A stretch of 48,580 nt of DNA, filler included, from Catajapyx aquilonaris (lineage: Eukaryota), in NCBI GenBank assembly GCA_000934665.2. It is 2 parts of 2 records of this genome, joined end to end, with 100 filler letters (N's around TTAATTAATTAA, not from the genome) between each part and the next. Parts side by side here need not be neighbours in the genome. Positions count along the whole stretch, not along the records: positions 1 to 24,236 come from JYFJ02005543.1; 1 more part is not named here. One strand, given 5' to 3'. Positions 1-14,806 of the stretch are shown piece by piece; position 1 is the stretch's first letter; every line of letters starts with the position of its first letter. A program made the position numbers and the translations under genes. Below the pieces are notes generated by a model, which ran no database searches, was not told where the DNA came from, and worked only from the letters and a program-made list of their open reading frames with translations.

Positions 1-3000
1 GATTCAAGATGGCGGGCAAACGCCAAGATTACAAAAATGGCTCCCACGCTAAATTTCATCCTTATGATGTCAAAAATGATCTGCGATCATAAAAAAAAGG
101 TCCCCTCCAAAAAACGCACGGGTTTCGGTTCCTCGACCGGACTAAAAGTGATTGGAAATTAAAATTCTCACTTCCCACTGGACCAAACATGTAAGTTAAA
201 GCATTACAACTCCAACCCTTGATAAAAGTGTAATCATAGAGGTGATGCTGATGCTGATCATACTGTTCCTCACCCGCATTCCGGCACCTCCATTCATTGT
301 ACATATTCAATCAAGCTACAATGCTACATGCTGTGCATGAGGGTGGTTCATACGAGGAGTCACCCAGCGGTACAAAACAAAAGCTGTTGCAAGTATTCAG
401 ATATTTCTCATTCCATCTTAGCTCAATAGATGGAAGGTATTTCGTCGAACGATTACGCCTCACCACGCGCCGCACTAGGGGAGTATCGGGGAGTTATATT
501 GCATGTTCGGGAGTAGCCTACCATAAACTTTTGCAGATCACGCACTTGATCTAACTGTTGTACGCAATATTTGTCTTACACAATGACATCAGCAGGAACA
601 ATTTATTTTATTTCCACAGAACTAAACTAAGAACTACAAGAACTAAACAATATGAAATTTAGCAAAACATTGTTGTTCGATATTTGCACCTCATTGCACT
701 GAAGAATACTGTACTGCACCGTCTACTCTATAGAGACTCTAGAAGTCCGAGACTCCAGATGATGATGAAATGTTTTATTTTCCCACAGTATATTCTACCT
801 TTAACAACATTTAACAATTTAAGGGGACACGGGGCGGAGAGTTATCACTTATCATAATGAATTACTTTCTCCAATATTGGTTGAAACAAAATCAGAAACC
901 AAGACACATTCACTTATTGTTACATTCCGATAATTATAGTGGTGAGTTTTTTCCTACCAAGTGGTGTGTGGTTGACAAACGCTTGACCCTACAATACTGC
1001 CTTATTATTAGGCTACTTTATATGCTTAAGTCACTGACATGCAGTTGAATAAGATGAAAGCTGCTGGACCATATTTCTCGTATGCTGGATCTGTTTTTTT
1101 TTCTGTGTACCTCGTGTGATTCAGTAAAGATCCTATAGGGCTATTAATTTGAGCTTTAGGTCGGAAGTAAGGGTGTACGCTAGATCATTGCACATTTTGA
1201 TTTCAACATGAAAAGGGGCTGAGGTCAAACGACTGAAGCGGCCATGACACATATATCCTTTTAGCATTGGGTTCACTTCCGCCGTGGCAAGAATAAAGAT
1301 TTTGGGTCAAGTTTTCCCGCCTTATTAGTCATCAGCTGCCCCTTCGTGACACGTTAGTCCTACACTAGGGTGGACATCATATCAGATAATCTGAGAGGGG
1401 GTGGGGGTGGGGGGGCAGGGGGGCAGGGGGAGAAGATTCCATCGGCATAACACAACCTTACAAAGTGGAACAAGGTGAAAAATTAATTTCGTACAATTTT
1501 AATGTTTCCCACGTGGAAGGTATGCAGGTTACCGTATGTCTAAAATACCTGCATAATTGCCAAGGGTCATCAGAGTGGTACATTGCCCAAGGTACATTAC
1601 TCCAACAATGGATCTGGATGAAATACCCACATCCATTGTTGGAGGGGTCAACATGAGCTACCTGTAAGGCATCATCCTCCTAGTCCTACATTGATTAGAA
1701 AAGATCACAATCCGTCATCTGGTGCAATATAGGTAGGCCTACTAGTACGTAAGTCTTAAATAGCTATGTCATTATTTGCTCCTGGCTATTTGAACATACA
1801 AAATTATTATCAAAACAATATAGCTTTCCCTACGATGTTATGTTAGACCATACAGTACATTGCTGAGTACTTTTAAAATAATAACATCGAGCATAACATA
1901 ATGTAATCAGGCCTCATCCTTCAATATTGAAGTGACAAAGCAAGCACACTAACTTCCTGAAACTTTTTTCAGAAAATACCAGCTCGCTCGACTGATCCCA
2001 CATAATTGTTTATTTGTCAGTCGATGTAGGTGAAAGCGGTAGGTGATCGATGTCGGGGGCTTAGCTGACTGCCTGCCGTGTCGATCCAGCACCGGGTTGG
2101 AGCCAAGTGAGAAAGAAAGGAGCTAATACAACGCGGTTGGATAAGTGGTCGGTTGTCTGCCTCTTCGATCCAATTTCTGTTTATGTGGTAACTTGGAGAC
2201 CACATAGGCCTCCGCGGCAACGATCTATTGCGCTCTACGTGCATGGGACTACTGCAGGACACTACTCCGCCAATCCACTATTGATGTACTGCGCCGGTGT
2301 ATAGTACCCCGGCCGCCATTGACATTGATGTGTTTCCAAGAAGCCACGTGTTGTCCGGCAACCAACAAGCAAGGGCGTCAGAAGAATGCGTGTCTACCCA
2401 TCCTTCCACTAATGATTAGAAACGAGCGGACTTGGGGACAGTTTTAATGAGAGGAGAGGTTGTCTCACCCTGTGCCCTTTTGGATGACAGAGCCGTATTC
2501 TTGGTTTAAATATTATGTTATCATATTTGTATTAAACTTATAATTAAAGTATATAAAGCCAATAATTGAGCAACCCATCCCACCTTCTTCATTGAACATA
2601 CTGCTCTTTTATAAAAGGAAGTGCACTGCACTTACACATCTTATACAGTAATTGCAAAATGTAAAATGAGTATATTGAATTCATGTTATTATTTCATCCA
2701 GAAATTGCGAATTTTGTCACTGTCAGGAGAGTCATATTACAAAATGACCTGAACATACTGTATACGACATGATTATCCTCGGAAAAAACTGCGATTCTAA
2801 AACTGACAAGCCCTGCAAAGCCAAATTCAAGTTGTCATAACAGCTTTCAGGTGAACATCTGATAGAGAAGAAAAATGATCGCGAGGCCCACCTGCCTGTT
2901 TCATTCAATATATTGACTACTATAATACAAGGTCCTGGCTTGATTAGGCAAGCTGAGCTTTCAGGTAAAAAATAATATTAGTCTGAAGTTTAGTAACAAG

Positions 3001-3655
3001 CAGTGCACAGAGTCGCCAATTGAAAACCATAATCGGCAGTGCACCCCGAGAGCATCAATTTGTATCAGTTGTTTGGGCCCCGCATAGTAGGTGATCAAGT
3101 GGATGGGTAAGCTATTATGCTGTTGTCCTACATTGTGCGTGCCTCAAAGGCGCCTGGCACCGATAGCGCCGATGGCACCGTTCATTCCGCCCTCCTGACT
3201 TCTTTCCTTTTTTTCCAGTAATGTTATCTTCCATGACTAGGTCCTATAGGATGACCTATAATAAAGCCCAGTAGCTATTGACTACAATGGAGCAGTGATG
3301 TTTCAGTCATCGACTCATCGTTCCAGTATACCCTGGTAGTCGTCAAGTGTTGGTACAAAGACTTGTACAATGCATAATTGGCGCTAGGCAGGTGAAGTGG
3401 AGAGCCAATAGTAAGCCTGGGACTAGGGAATAAATGGTAGAGAGAAAAAGGTGAGGGAGGGGAGTGAAGGCGCATGGCAGAGACGCGGTCAGAACAACAA
3501 GTGAGCTATTGGAAAGTGGAGGGGGTGGGAGATACAAACTAGCATTTGGGTCATCTATTGTGAGAGTGTATCTATTTCAGACAGTGCTGCATAAGTATTT
3601 ATTTATTCTATTCTTCCTTTGAAGACATCTCAGGCACTAAGCAAGTAAGTAAGTA

Positions 3656-3794
3656 CTATGGGGCTCAAATTGTTTTTGGCCCCTTTATCCTGTTCTTGAA
3701 GCAACCCTTCACACACACCTCCTCACCGTGGAGCCTGTGTGAAGGGTTGCTTTAAGAGCAGGATAAAGTGGCCAAAACAATTTGAGCCCCATAG
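3656..3794. mobile_element. Small hairpin MITE with TA flanks
   Basis: ctatggggctcaaattg...tgaagcaacccttcacac / gtgtgaagggttgcttt...caatttgagccccatag; arms are ~60 bp. Confidence 0.8.
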
Positions 3795-5267
3795 TAAATA
3801 TATTTTAAATACATAATTGAGGCTATCTGTAGACTACTTTAAATTTCGATAGTGTTTCTGAGCTTTATTATTTTTTGGTAGCTTGCTGTGAGAGCGCACA
3901 TGAGTAACACATGAGCGTTCATACACTTGGGAATTGATCGACCAATGTGCACAGTGTGTATTTCTACCCATCACACCACCCGTCGTACAGCTAAATTGCA
4001 GGTTTCAGCCATGTCAGGATAAATCAACTTGATGGCGACCATTCGCGCGCTCGCGTTGTCAGATTATCTCCTATTCGTAAGATCAAATGTTAATGCCGAT
4101 TTTAAACCAATGTGGGAAACGATAAAGGGTGTTCGTAAAATGCATTCGTTCCTAGAAATGTGGTCGTTGTGGATAGGAAAGTTCTCTGCAAAATGCCACT
4201 CATAATGGGAGATTTTGGTTGCCCATTTGGGACGTGAACCTTTGGTTATTCTTATGTGGCGAAATGAGAGGGGGCGTTCTAGATGTCCAAAGCGATCTAT
4301 TTAGCGATCTTTGCATTTTTGTGGGGGACAATTTTATGTTACATTAGAAACAGCCTATTCATAATGAGCCCATTTCAGCTACAACGACCTTGTATGGATA
4401 TTTTCTGCTCAAATGATTTCTGGAGTTTCGGAAATAATGCATTAGATACTTCTATAGTGTGCAAGAGAGAAGTGTCTCACTGAAAAAAAACTTGAATTGT
4501 TCGTAGATAACTTAGGTCAATTTGGAACACATTTTTGTGTCATACAGGATGGCGTTTTACAAAAAAGTGACTTAGGATGTCATAATTATACAGTAGACTG
4601 TTGTACAGAATAATGTAGGTTTAGAAACTCCAGGTTTTATTGCATAGCATGCCATGATTGTGATCTGCATATCTTTCCCGTTCTTTATACTGCATAATAT
4701 GCACTATTAGTTACGGCGAGTTTTATTGAAAACAAATCATGATTGACCGTGGCAGTGAATATTATTTCTTGGTCATTGTTTATAGATCAAAAGGAGTGGT
4801 CTAGATCAGCAGGTCACGTTGTGCAATTTGACTGCAAGTCTGCTCTAATCCTGTCCCTTTCCCTCTCCCTTATTCAGAATTCCGGAAACAAATCCGGACG
4901 TCGTCTCGTGACATGGAAGCCGGAAACCAATCATTTCCTAAGTAATAACGTGAACTTCTTCAATTTGCTCGGAAAGTTCAATATGATAACTCGCAAGACT
5001 TTAGGTTGTTCAGAAGATCCACCCATTTTTCTTCAAAATTGTCAGATAACACGCATTGAATGACAGGAATAGTGAAATACATGATAGTAGAATAGTGTGA
5101 CATTCAGAGTAGGGTAGTAAAAGATTAACTAAACTGTATCAGTCCTCCGATAACGTCAATTTTCATCGCACTGCACATTAACTACGAGTGTAATCACTTA
5201 ATGACATTATCGTGTATATCTAGAGTATCATAGAGTATTATCAATTTACTCTTCAGAAATCTCAGAC

Positions 5268-8200
5268 ATGGCTTGCTGTTGTGGTCAAAGAAGCAAAGTC
5301 GATCCACAATATGAGGTAAGCTCATACATAAGTTATATCAGATATTAATCTGTATGCAGTGTTTTCCAATATTATTATCATGATTCTTTTAGTTGTTGCA
5401 ACTTTTGCCAGAAGATGTCATTTTGTGTAGTTTTTTGCGCTCAGATAGAGCTGCCAAATTTTCTGTATAACAGCTATAATTATAGCTAGGCTACTGTATC
5501 TTATATTCGACCAACCTGTGAATAATTGGACACCTCCATAGGAGAGCAAAAAGCTACACAAAAATAACATCACTGGGCGAAAGTTGCGATAACTGAAAGG
5601 ACCCCAATTGTATTTATGCATACGAACACATTTGCATAGGGTTGAAAGCAAACGTGTTGCCTCCTTAAAATGTGTATGTTTTTTCAATCATCCAAAGAAA
5701 GGAAATGAACTTGATCAGAGGTACAGTTGATGGTCTCAAAATATATAGTGCATATTTCAATAGTAGCCTAGTGTCCATGGTGGAAGCGATTTTTGAAATA
5801 AGACTTCATGAGATATTCCAATGCAAAAATACTCTATAGTTGATTTTGGCAATATATTTCGAATCCATTATGGAGAAACTGGCATGTTAAGGTCACAGAC
5901 GTAAGTAATAGGTGGCATCAAGCGACATGCGGCAAAGAAGATTGGGGGGTTGGCATAACCCGCAGGATGACCCTCACTTCTTTCACGCGTAACATTAACA
6001 ATCATGCTATTACAGCTGAATCCGGATATAACAGACTTCAAGGGACCGCGGAAAACAGTATGTTATCTTATAACCGAGGTCTGTTATAGCCAAATCGCCA
6101 TTTTTGCAACGAATGCGCAAGTTTTCTGCTTTCCATATATGCTTATACAGTATAATGCACACTACTGCATATACACATTAATGAAACAAACATGCCAAAT
6201 TAGCTCACCCATAACTTAGTTAGGGCCCTTTAAAAATCCGTCATTTTCTTCTTCCGTCTCGTACTTGCCATACATCGTACCAGAAAAAGAATGATTTTGA
6301 CAATTTCTGCAAGTGTTAGATCAGTGACTGGTGAGATAATCACCCCTGCTCCAGTATTCAGTGCTTTCCTCATGTGAGAAAGGAAGCTGAATAATAAACA
6401 AGATGACAAATCACGTGGGCGTGATTATAGTATACTTTTTCTCATTCTTTCAAGTATGAAATGGCCGAGGACTTGCATCGCAAACAGGTCCAACTTCAGG
6501 AATTAATTACACAGCCCCTGGTCCAGAGAGCCAGGTAAAACCCCGGGTACATCCCCGACACACATGGTCAGAAATCCACGGAAACTAATTTCGAAATCCA
6601 ACAATAACCCGCCCGTAAAGTAGACTTGTGCGGATAGAGTGAACCCGTAAAACCGAAAGTGGCAGGTCATCGGAAGTTGACCATGACACATATTTAGGTC
6701 ACCCTTAATCAGAATCCGAAAACCGTTTTCCGTTATCTCTGGCTGTTGAGGCCCTGCTACCTGTCCACAGACGGACAGACAGAGAGACGGACAGAGCCGT
6801 TCTATAAGACTTTTTTCGCTGATAAGAAAAAGTCTAAAACGGCATATTTTCTTGCTGAGGGGTCAAGAAATTGTCTGTTATACCCGAGGTGAGGTGAAAA
6901 TGAGCTGTTATATCGAGAGTAAAATGGCCTTATGGAAGTATGGCATTTTTAGTCCGCCGTTACAACCGAGGCTGTTATATCCGGATTCACCTGTATTTCT
7001 GTAATTTGATTCCAAATCGCCAAAATCAACTAGGATAACTGTGCAGAATGTGTCAGAGAATTAGGTCCTAGAGCCTTTTCTCGATTAACTTATCTCAGTG
7101 CCTGAAATGGCTCTAACCTCTAACAGTTTCTTTCTTTTATGATTTTAATTTACTCTCATACGAGAAGTGCTGTAGAAAACGTTTTAAAATTTTTCCAGAA
7201 GGAGGACTTGGAAGGACCATTGAATAGAAGACAGCCCACTGACGTTCTTTTCCTGGGACTCTTCATTGCATTTTTTGCTGTTCTAGTGAGTAGGCTAAGC
7301 CACAGATCGACACTGCAATTATCTCGGAAGTTCAGGACACTCCCATATGGTCATTACTTCCTGATCGGCACCTGTGCAAACTCAAATAGTAAGGAAGGTA
7401 AACAGGGATATCCTATGGGACCTGCATAGTCCACGCACTTCCTGGTTGCAGATGATAATTGTACTGAACAAAACAACATATTTTTCCTATTCCAGAAGTT
7501 AGTAGCCTACCGTATTGTAACAAAATTTTCGACTAATGTTGTCCAAATATCAACATAGCCACCTGATGGAGCAGGTATTTAGCTACAACGCCGGGCAAGC
7601 AAACCATATGTCAATCGAAACATCTTTCGAACTGCGAGATCATAGTTTGTAAGCGTATGTCGTGCACTACTGCCGCCAAACCTATTCCTTCGTCATTTGG
7701 TCACGCCTTAGCGTCTCACTTGCCAAATATTTTCTGTAGTCTGCGAAACAAGTTGTAGCTATTCGGTGAAAGATCCTGATCCTGATCTGAGTGCTAAAAG
7801 AGGCCCCATTTGAACTGTAGTTGAGATTTTGAGTAATGCCCGCGAATGAACTGCCATTAATTTGCAGTCAGACGTTGCTGTGGTGGATCCTTTTCCAAAA
7901 ATTCAAGTGGAACGTCTTTGGTAGTTACAAATATACGCAAGTACGAATGTAGCCAGAACGGTGGAGGAAACTCTGTTGAAACAATTGAAGGCCAAACGGT
8001 ACTTTTAGAATGCGGTAATATTTTGCAAAATGGCAGACAATTTACAGCAGCCCAACAAATAATGTTGAATATTTCTCATTCCCCCGGAAAACTAAACTCA
8101 TTTATTGCAGATGGTGATGTTCGCGTATGCAGCATCTGAGGCCGATCTTGGCCGAGTAATCAACGGTTACGACAACTATGGCAACGTTTGCGGCCAGCAG

Positions 8201-8677
8201 AACAAGCCTATACGAGATGTGCCCAATAGTGGAGCTGACAAAACGAAAGAACCGTAAGACACACTTCATGTTCATATTTACTAATGCAGAAAATCAAGAA
8301 TGTTCTTTTGTAGTATAAAAAGTGCAAAATTAGAGTAAAAATGAAATGTAAAATAAAAATAAAAATTTAATTTAAATGAAAATGTATAATCTTTAACATT
8401 AAAACTTAATCCATAGCAAGCACATCGGTATCGTCAAGAGTTGATGAATTTCATTCACAATGGGTAGACCCTACTATAATTATGTATAGAAGCATAATTA
8501 TACCCTATGCTGTTGATGGTACTCAATTCTCCGTGTCCCCTACAATAATAACTCTTCTATGACCTGATAACCGATCAAGATTATGTATCCCACACTGTAC
8601 TATCGAGATCAAATACTTTTGGCCACTTTATCATGGTCTTGAAGCAACCCTTTGCACAGACCCCACACGTTAAGAAG

Positions 8678-8715
<38 letters not shown>

Positions 8716-11700
8716 TCAGACATTGCTATCCTTGTGAGGATATTTTTCGCAAGTTTCCTATCCTTGTGAGGACCGAAAACCTTACGAGGACTTTTTTCAG
8801 GCCCTCATAACGTACACAGTCCTCACAAGGATGGCGGAAAATCAAACCAAGACCTCCTTTTTACTGTGAAAAAATAGGTCACCAAAATTTCGTGTGTATT
8901 TTGTAGGTTAGGTTAGGTTAGGTTAGGTTAGGTTAGTTTAAAATTTTTATTTTTGCCAGACCCTCACAAGGATAGCACTTTATAACATGGGTGTGTGTGT
9001 GTGTGTGTGAAGGGTTGCTTCAAGACCAGGATAAAGTGGCCAAAAGTATTTGAACCCGATAGTACGTAGTGATAAGACAATTTTGTCGATTTAAGCTAAT
9101 CAAATCATTCTGTATCCGATTGCCTTTCATTTCAGATACCTGTATTACTCAGTGTTTGGCAACAACCAGCAGGGAAGCTCTGAGTCTTCGCTTACTTCGG
9201 CAGTCTTATCAATGGAGGACATTTACCGCGAATGCAGATCAAACTGCGGAAATGACAAGTAAGGCGTCACTCCTCACATTGCACCATCACGTAATACGGT
9301 AATAGTCAAGCTAAATGTCCCACACCTATCTATTGTAATTATTCCGATCGCCCTGATATGCTACTTCACTTGGTCATTTCATTGGTGTCCCTGGCTGTCT
9401 GTAACTCTATCAAATATTATTTTGAATGGTCTTTCATTCTTTATCATCTTGAAGGAACACCCAATATTTGTAACATTTTAAGACGTATTTTTATTACCTG
9501 AAAAAAACTAAATTCTCGTTGGGGCAAGTTGCATGAACGAAAATATATTAAGGAGGAAATATCTGATTACGTATATTTTTACTACGTGTAGCCCTACATA
9601 ATCGGAGATTTTCCGAATTTATAATTTATAATTTACAATCATTCAGATTTTTTCTAATTTGCATTCATAAAGCCTATCCTTGCAGCCATTTTTCTTCCGA
9701 TTTTAGTAAAACTTTCACTCAAATGCACACAATATCCCCCCCGAAAACTCGATCCGCGTTAGATATCCACTCATGTGAAATGGATCATTAAAACGGACTC
9801 TTTATACTGTATACGGGATTCATGTTACCTCTTTCAAAACAGCCGCGAACTATGACGGTACGTGATAGATAGTAATCCACTAATCCTATTGAATGTGTGC
9901 CATGACCAAGGCTATATACTGTAGGATACACCACTAAAAATTGTCTGCTTTCGTGCAAATGAAATAATGATCTAGTCTTGCCCAAGTAATGTGCTGGACT
10001 CAAGCTGCATAGTGAAAAGGTGCCATAAATCATTCTTTTATTGACCGTAATTGCACTGGATATTAGTAACTCTACCATATCTAGGAAACGGATGACACAA
10101 ACGTGTATTGGAATACACATACTTCATGGGTGACACCTTTTTACATGAAGCAACTCGAGCTAAATATTAATATATCCTACTACATGATGATCAATAATAT
10201 TCATTATTATCATTTTGATTATTTCAAACCATCTGATAATAGCTTACTGTATTTGTGCCAATAACAATATCCGAAGCATGTAACATAATCTGATAAGACT
10301 GATGACTGATGGTTGTAGGCCTAAGCCTATACTGTACTTTATTATTGATATTAAGGAGGTTGGCCCAGCATTGCCTTTCAACCTCCAAGGATAGGGAAGG
10401 AAGGAAGCGGCTGTGGCCTATTATACGGAAGCGACCCCGGAATTATCCTAGAAAGACCGTGGAAAACCACAGAAAACCACGGTCAGGGTTGCTGGCCCCG
10501 GGATTCGAACCCAGGACCTCCCGATTAGCAGTCGGACGCCCTATCCACTATGCCAACCTGCTTCGGTGCCTATACTGTACTGAAGTTATTCTGCTAAGCT
10601 TCGGATTTTTTGTTAGACACTATGAAAATAATTACTAATACTGTGAGCAACTACACTTTCTCCAACAAGGCCTTATGACGCGTCTGCAAACTGAAACTGT
10701 CTAACTCTGAAACTTGAAATATCATAATCTAGACTATATGGCAGTTGCAGAATATACTGAAGATTAATTGTTCCATATGAAGTGGTCGGCTACTTTTTTT
10801 TCCATTTGGAACAAAGGGTCCTCATGATGCCCAAGTTTAACAACCTTCTGGTGAGTGAGAGCCCATTACTTCGACTCGATTGACGTTCGTGGCGTCGCGT
10901 CGGCCTCATGAATATTTTCGCTCCGAGAAATAGCAGCAGGTGAACACAAGACAAGGTCATACCGCAGTATATCATGCACAAATCACACCGATTTACTCGA
11001 CCTTCAATATCAAGAGTGTAGACTACAATTAATTCTCGTTACGAAAAATATTTATCACTTACCTGTTCTCGAGACAATTTTTTTTATATGCAGTATATAT
11101 CTTACAAATAATTGCAGTAAATGGAATCAACTGAGACATAAATTACTACGCTCCAAGGGGGTGATTATGTTTCTTGTCGACTTTTATTTCTCTAGAGGCA
11201 GTTTTCAAGGTCTCCAATGTCGAGATGAATGATTCATATTCAATCACATCTTTAGTTATTGTATGCTAATTTTGATATTAATTTTATCATCATCGTCACC
11301 ACCACCGTTTAATTGAGTTCATATGTGGGGTTAACTTGCGTCTCCCTTCATCGCTGACTACCCCTTATACATAGGGAAATGTCGTGATGGTGGTGTTGTT
11401 GTCACCACCACCACAATCATAATTGTTGATGTTGTTAGCTAATGTCATGTAAGAAAAAGTCAGTTTTAGAGAGTGTTTTGTCGCAAGATCCTAATGAATT
11501 ATAGACATTCAGACTATATACTTGTGCGTAGAAGACTAGTCCATGACCACGCAAACTACAGAGGGCACAAGAAAATTTCTCTATATAGGCCTCCTGTTAA
11601 TATATTAGTGATTGCATAATGACTTCCTGGGGCAATAACACTTGCCCAGCCCTCCCTGAAAGCAACATCACCTAATCTCGCAGATTTTTTGTAACGCTAT

Positions 11701-14700
11701 AAGTCAAGCTCGACAAACACGCAACAACTTAGGTATCTCATTACAGCAGAATAAATACGCGAAGTACTCAGAGGGAACGCCTTGGGGAAAAATAATTAAC
11801 TTACAAGAAAGAAAAAGGCTAATTTCTAGGAAGAGTGTGTACACGTCAGCGAACAAGTATGGATGGCTATATACGTAATACCGGATATCGATTATTATCA
11901 GAGTCTGTATGCAGAGTTCCCAATGAGCAGTTAAGTGGAACAAGGATACATTATAGCCAGCTACGTGTGGTCACATACCCTTAGGTAGCCTGGCAATAAG
12001 GCGCGTTAAAGACACAGTGCAACTTATTATGGCTCATGTACACTCATGCTGCAATAAAATGAGGTCGCTGAAACTTCGCGTCTGTTGTTGTTGTTTTTTT
12101 CTTCGAAAATAGGAAAAAGTTATAAAGGTGACCTTTACCAGGTTTTGAAGCTCTGTCGATGTACATTTGTGTAAGTATAGACGATCGACACCAGCCAAGA
12201 TCCATTTTTGACCATAGTGTTCCACCCTTTTTTGAAAACGAAAACAGTCTCCAATATGAACTTTACTGGTTTTGAACCTCTATCTATGTCACTTTGTGAG
12301 GTATAGAGATTGACCAAAATTACCGGCAGGGGGCGGGGTAAAAAAAATGGAAATGACAGCCCCCCCCCCCCCTTCCCCGGCACGCCTTGAATGCAATAGA
12401 AAATTTTCGTCCCACTGCTATAGTCCCACTTAGCAGTAACTTATACCAGTGCCAAATATGGTACTGCTAAGTTGGTAGTAACTGGTAGTGGGACGAAAAT
12501 TCGACCCAAACTTACTACTGGATACATTATTTATTTTGTCCAACCTTTTCTCAGATTTAGTGCCGGGGAAAGGGGGTGTCGTTTCTATTTTTTTCCTGTG
12601 TCCCCTGTCGGTAATTTTGGTCCATATGTATACAGCACAAAATGACATCGATAGAGCTTCAAAACCCAGTAAAGTTCATATCGGTGACTGATTTCGTTTT
12701 CAAATGAAAAGGGTGGGACACTTTGGTCAAAAATGGGGCTTGGGTGGGTGTCGATCGTCTTTTGTTTCTCCTCCCCTCTCGTGATTTTTGCTTCATTTGC
12801 ATACCTACGCAAACTTACATCGATATAGGGCTTCAAAACCTGGTAAAAGTCACCTCTGTAACATTTCCAGTTTTCGAAAAAACGAGACATGAAGTTTCAA
12901 CCGTTTTTTCAGGTGAATTTCTATTATTTTGTTCAGCCCCTGTATACCGGTACTGTATATTATGCAGGGAATATTGCATAGAGTAGCATGCTTCGAGTGA
13001 TTAATGAGTAAAGCTGCGTGGCTGATACGTGATGCTGTAACTAAGCTAGATAAGAAGCATGGGTTGACAGACATAGCATAGAGCGCATCTCCTCATTAGC
13101 GCCTTTTTGTAGATACTAATGAACTGCGGAAGGGTGATAATTTGTTATCTCCTTGTCTCGTCATTCACATACCGCTTAACTATTCCTTTACTCTGACAGC
13201 AAGTTGCGAGATTTAGACACTATAAAGAAGATGTCCTGTGTGCATTTCGGAAGTAAATTAATTTCACTCTTGCACGGCCCAAAATTTCTACGACACAAAT
13301 ACAGCTCATAACTCTCTCCGTGGAGAATGCTTCAATAATAATTAAGACTGGAGAGAGGACATATTTTTTCATTACCCCACGGGGGGAGTTATACTACTCC
13401 TTAGGGGGGGTGGGTTGCCACCTTTGGAATTGTTTTTTTTTTGGAGCGAGTTTAAGAAGAATCTTAATTAGTATGCTCCAAGGGTGGGTGGGAGGGGATG
13501 TGCAAAGTGCAAGTGCAATGTCTCTAATCGTCATTTTGTGAACTCCCCCGGGTGGCTTAGTCTGCCGGAAATTGCCACCCGAAACGAAGCCAGAGATGGC
13601 CCAACTCTGCACGAAAGAAGGTGGGAATCCCGGGTGGGGATTGAACCCGGGACCTTAACTTCCGTGGGCGCGCGCGTTACCGCGGCGCCACTCCGTCTCC
13701 CCTAGAGAGGACATATTGTTTATTACCGCAACTATATAGTTCAGTCAAAGAGAAACAACGCTCATGATCGCCTTCATTTTTTGTGATTGTTGCTTCTTTG
13801 TATATCTATAGTTGCTGGAGTAAAACAATGCATCCCATCTCGCCCGACTTCTTTGCCAATGGTTTTACCAAATAATTTAACAGAATCAATTGATTTTTTA
13901 TGCACCTTGCCTAAAATGATTGGTTACTTTCAGGAGAGTTGTGTTAAACCGCTGCATCCCAATGGAAATTGGTGACACAGAGGAATCGTTTTTTAGGAAA
14001 ATGGGACTTACCAACTTTTTCGAGGTAAGTAAATCGTAGTCTAACGAGCTACTTTAACTATACGGAAAGGCTCCCAAGTGCAAATATATAAGTTGTAATT
14101 TATTTTAGTTAAAAAAATATTTATTTCAAATGTGTTCTCGGATATTCTATAGATTAGAAAGTTGATGCATTTCCCCCCAGTATCTTGACTTCCCATTTTC
14201 GTATAGGGGTGATAACCTGAACTTCAGTATTCGCAATAGCATAGTGACACACACTCTGCAAGTAAAAATAACTCACATAATTAACCATGGAGTGCCATTT
14301 TTATCACTTCTTCCTCCTATTAATGAAATGTGTTTGTCACGACCGCATGAGATGGGTAATTCCATTATGATATCACCCGTAATGATTGCAATAATAATGT
14401 GCATCTCGTAGCAGGGGAAATTCCACACCACATCCTACCTCAGCCGACTACAATATTTACTGTATGGTACCGTACTTTTAATAATGTTATGCAATGTGCG
14501 TGGAAAATGACCATTCACAACTGCGCAGCACTATAGCCTTGTCACAAACTACTGTAAATTATAGTATCTTGAAGAGCTTCAAACTATTCATGACTAATAA
14601 TTTTGCAACATTTTCTTCCAACAGGAAGTCAGCAGAGACCTGGACGTGACATGGAGGGAAGTGGCAGTTATGTGTTTTATAGCATTTGGTACGTAAACTA

Positions 14701-14741
14701 AAACACATGCAGGTTATTATTATTATGAGACCATATTGTTA

Positions 14742-14806
<65 letters not shown>

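Larger units (their letters stand above)
8600..9062. mobile_element. Second copy of the 3656 MITE family, carrying a nested insertion in a (TG)n tract
   Basis: Arms ctatcgagatcaaatacttttggccactttatc...gaagcaaccctt / aagggttgcttcaagaccaggataaagtggccaaaagtatttgaacccgatag, with TA flanks. Confidence 0.8.

Noticed and set aside
2017..2304. CpG-rich overlapping short ORFs on both strands
   Set aside because: No recognisable protein motifs or consistent splice model.
8904..8936. TTAGG array as a telomere or chromosome-fusion scar
   Set aside because: Only ~33 bp, one orientation, and embedded in a small mobile element.
13394..13705. Repeated ORFs (MQSWAISGF...) at 13394 and 22099
   Set aside because: Chance ORFs within two copies of the same SINE.
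9259..13933. Possible missing CTL exon in the 4.7-kb intron, since the first extracellular loop is shorter than in vertebrate CTL1
   Set aside because: Exons 4 and 5 join in phase (NDK-RVVLNRCIP) and I found no convincing symmetric phase-2 exon. It cannot be fully excluded without RNA data.
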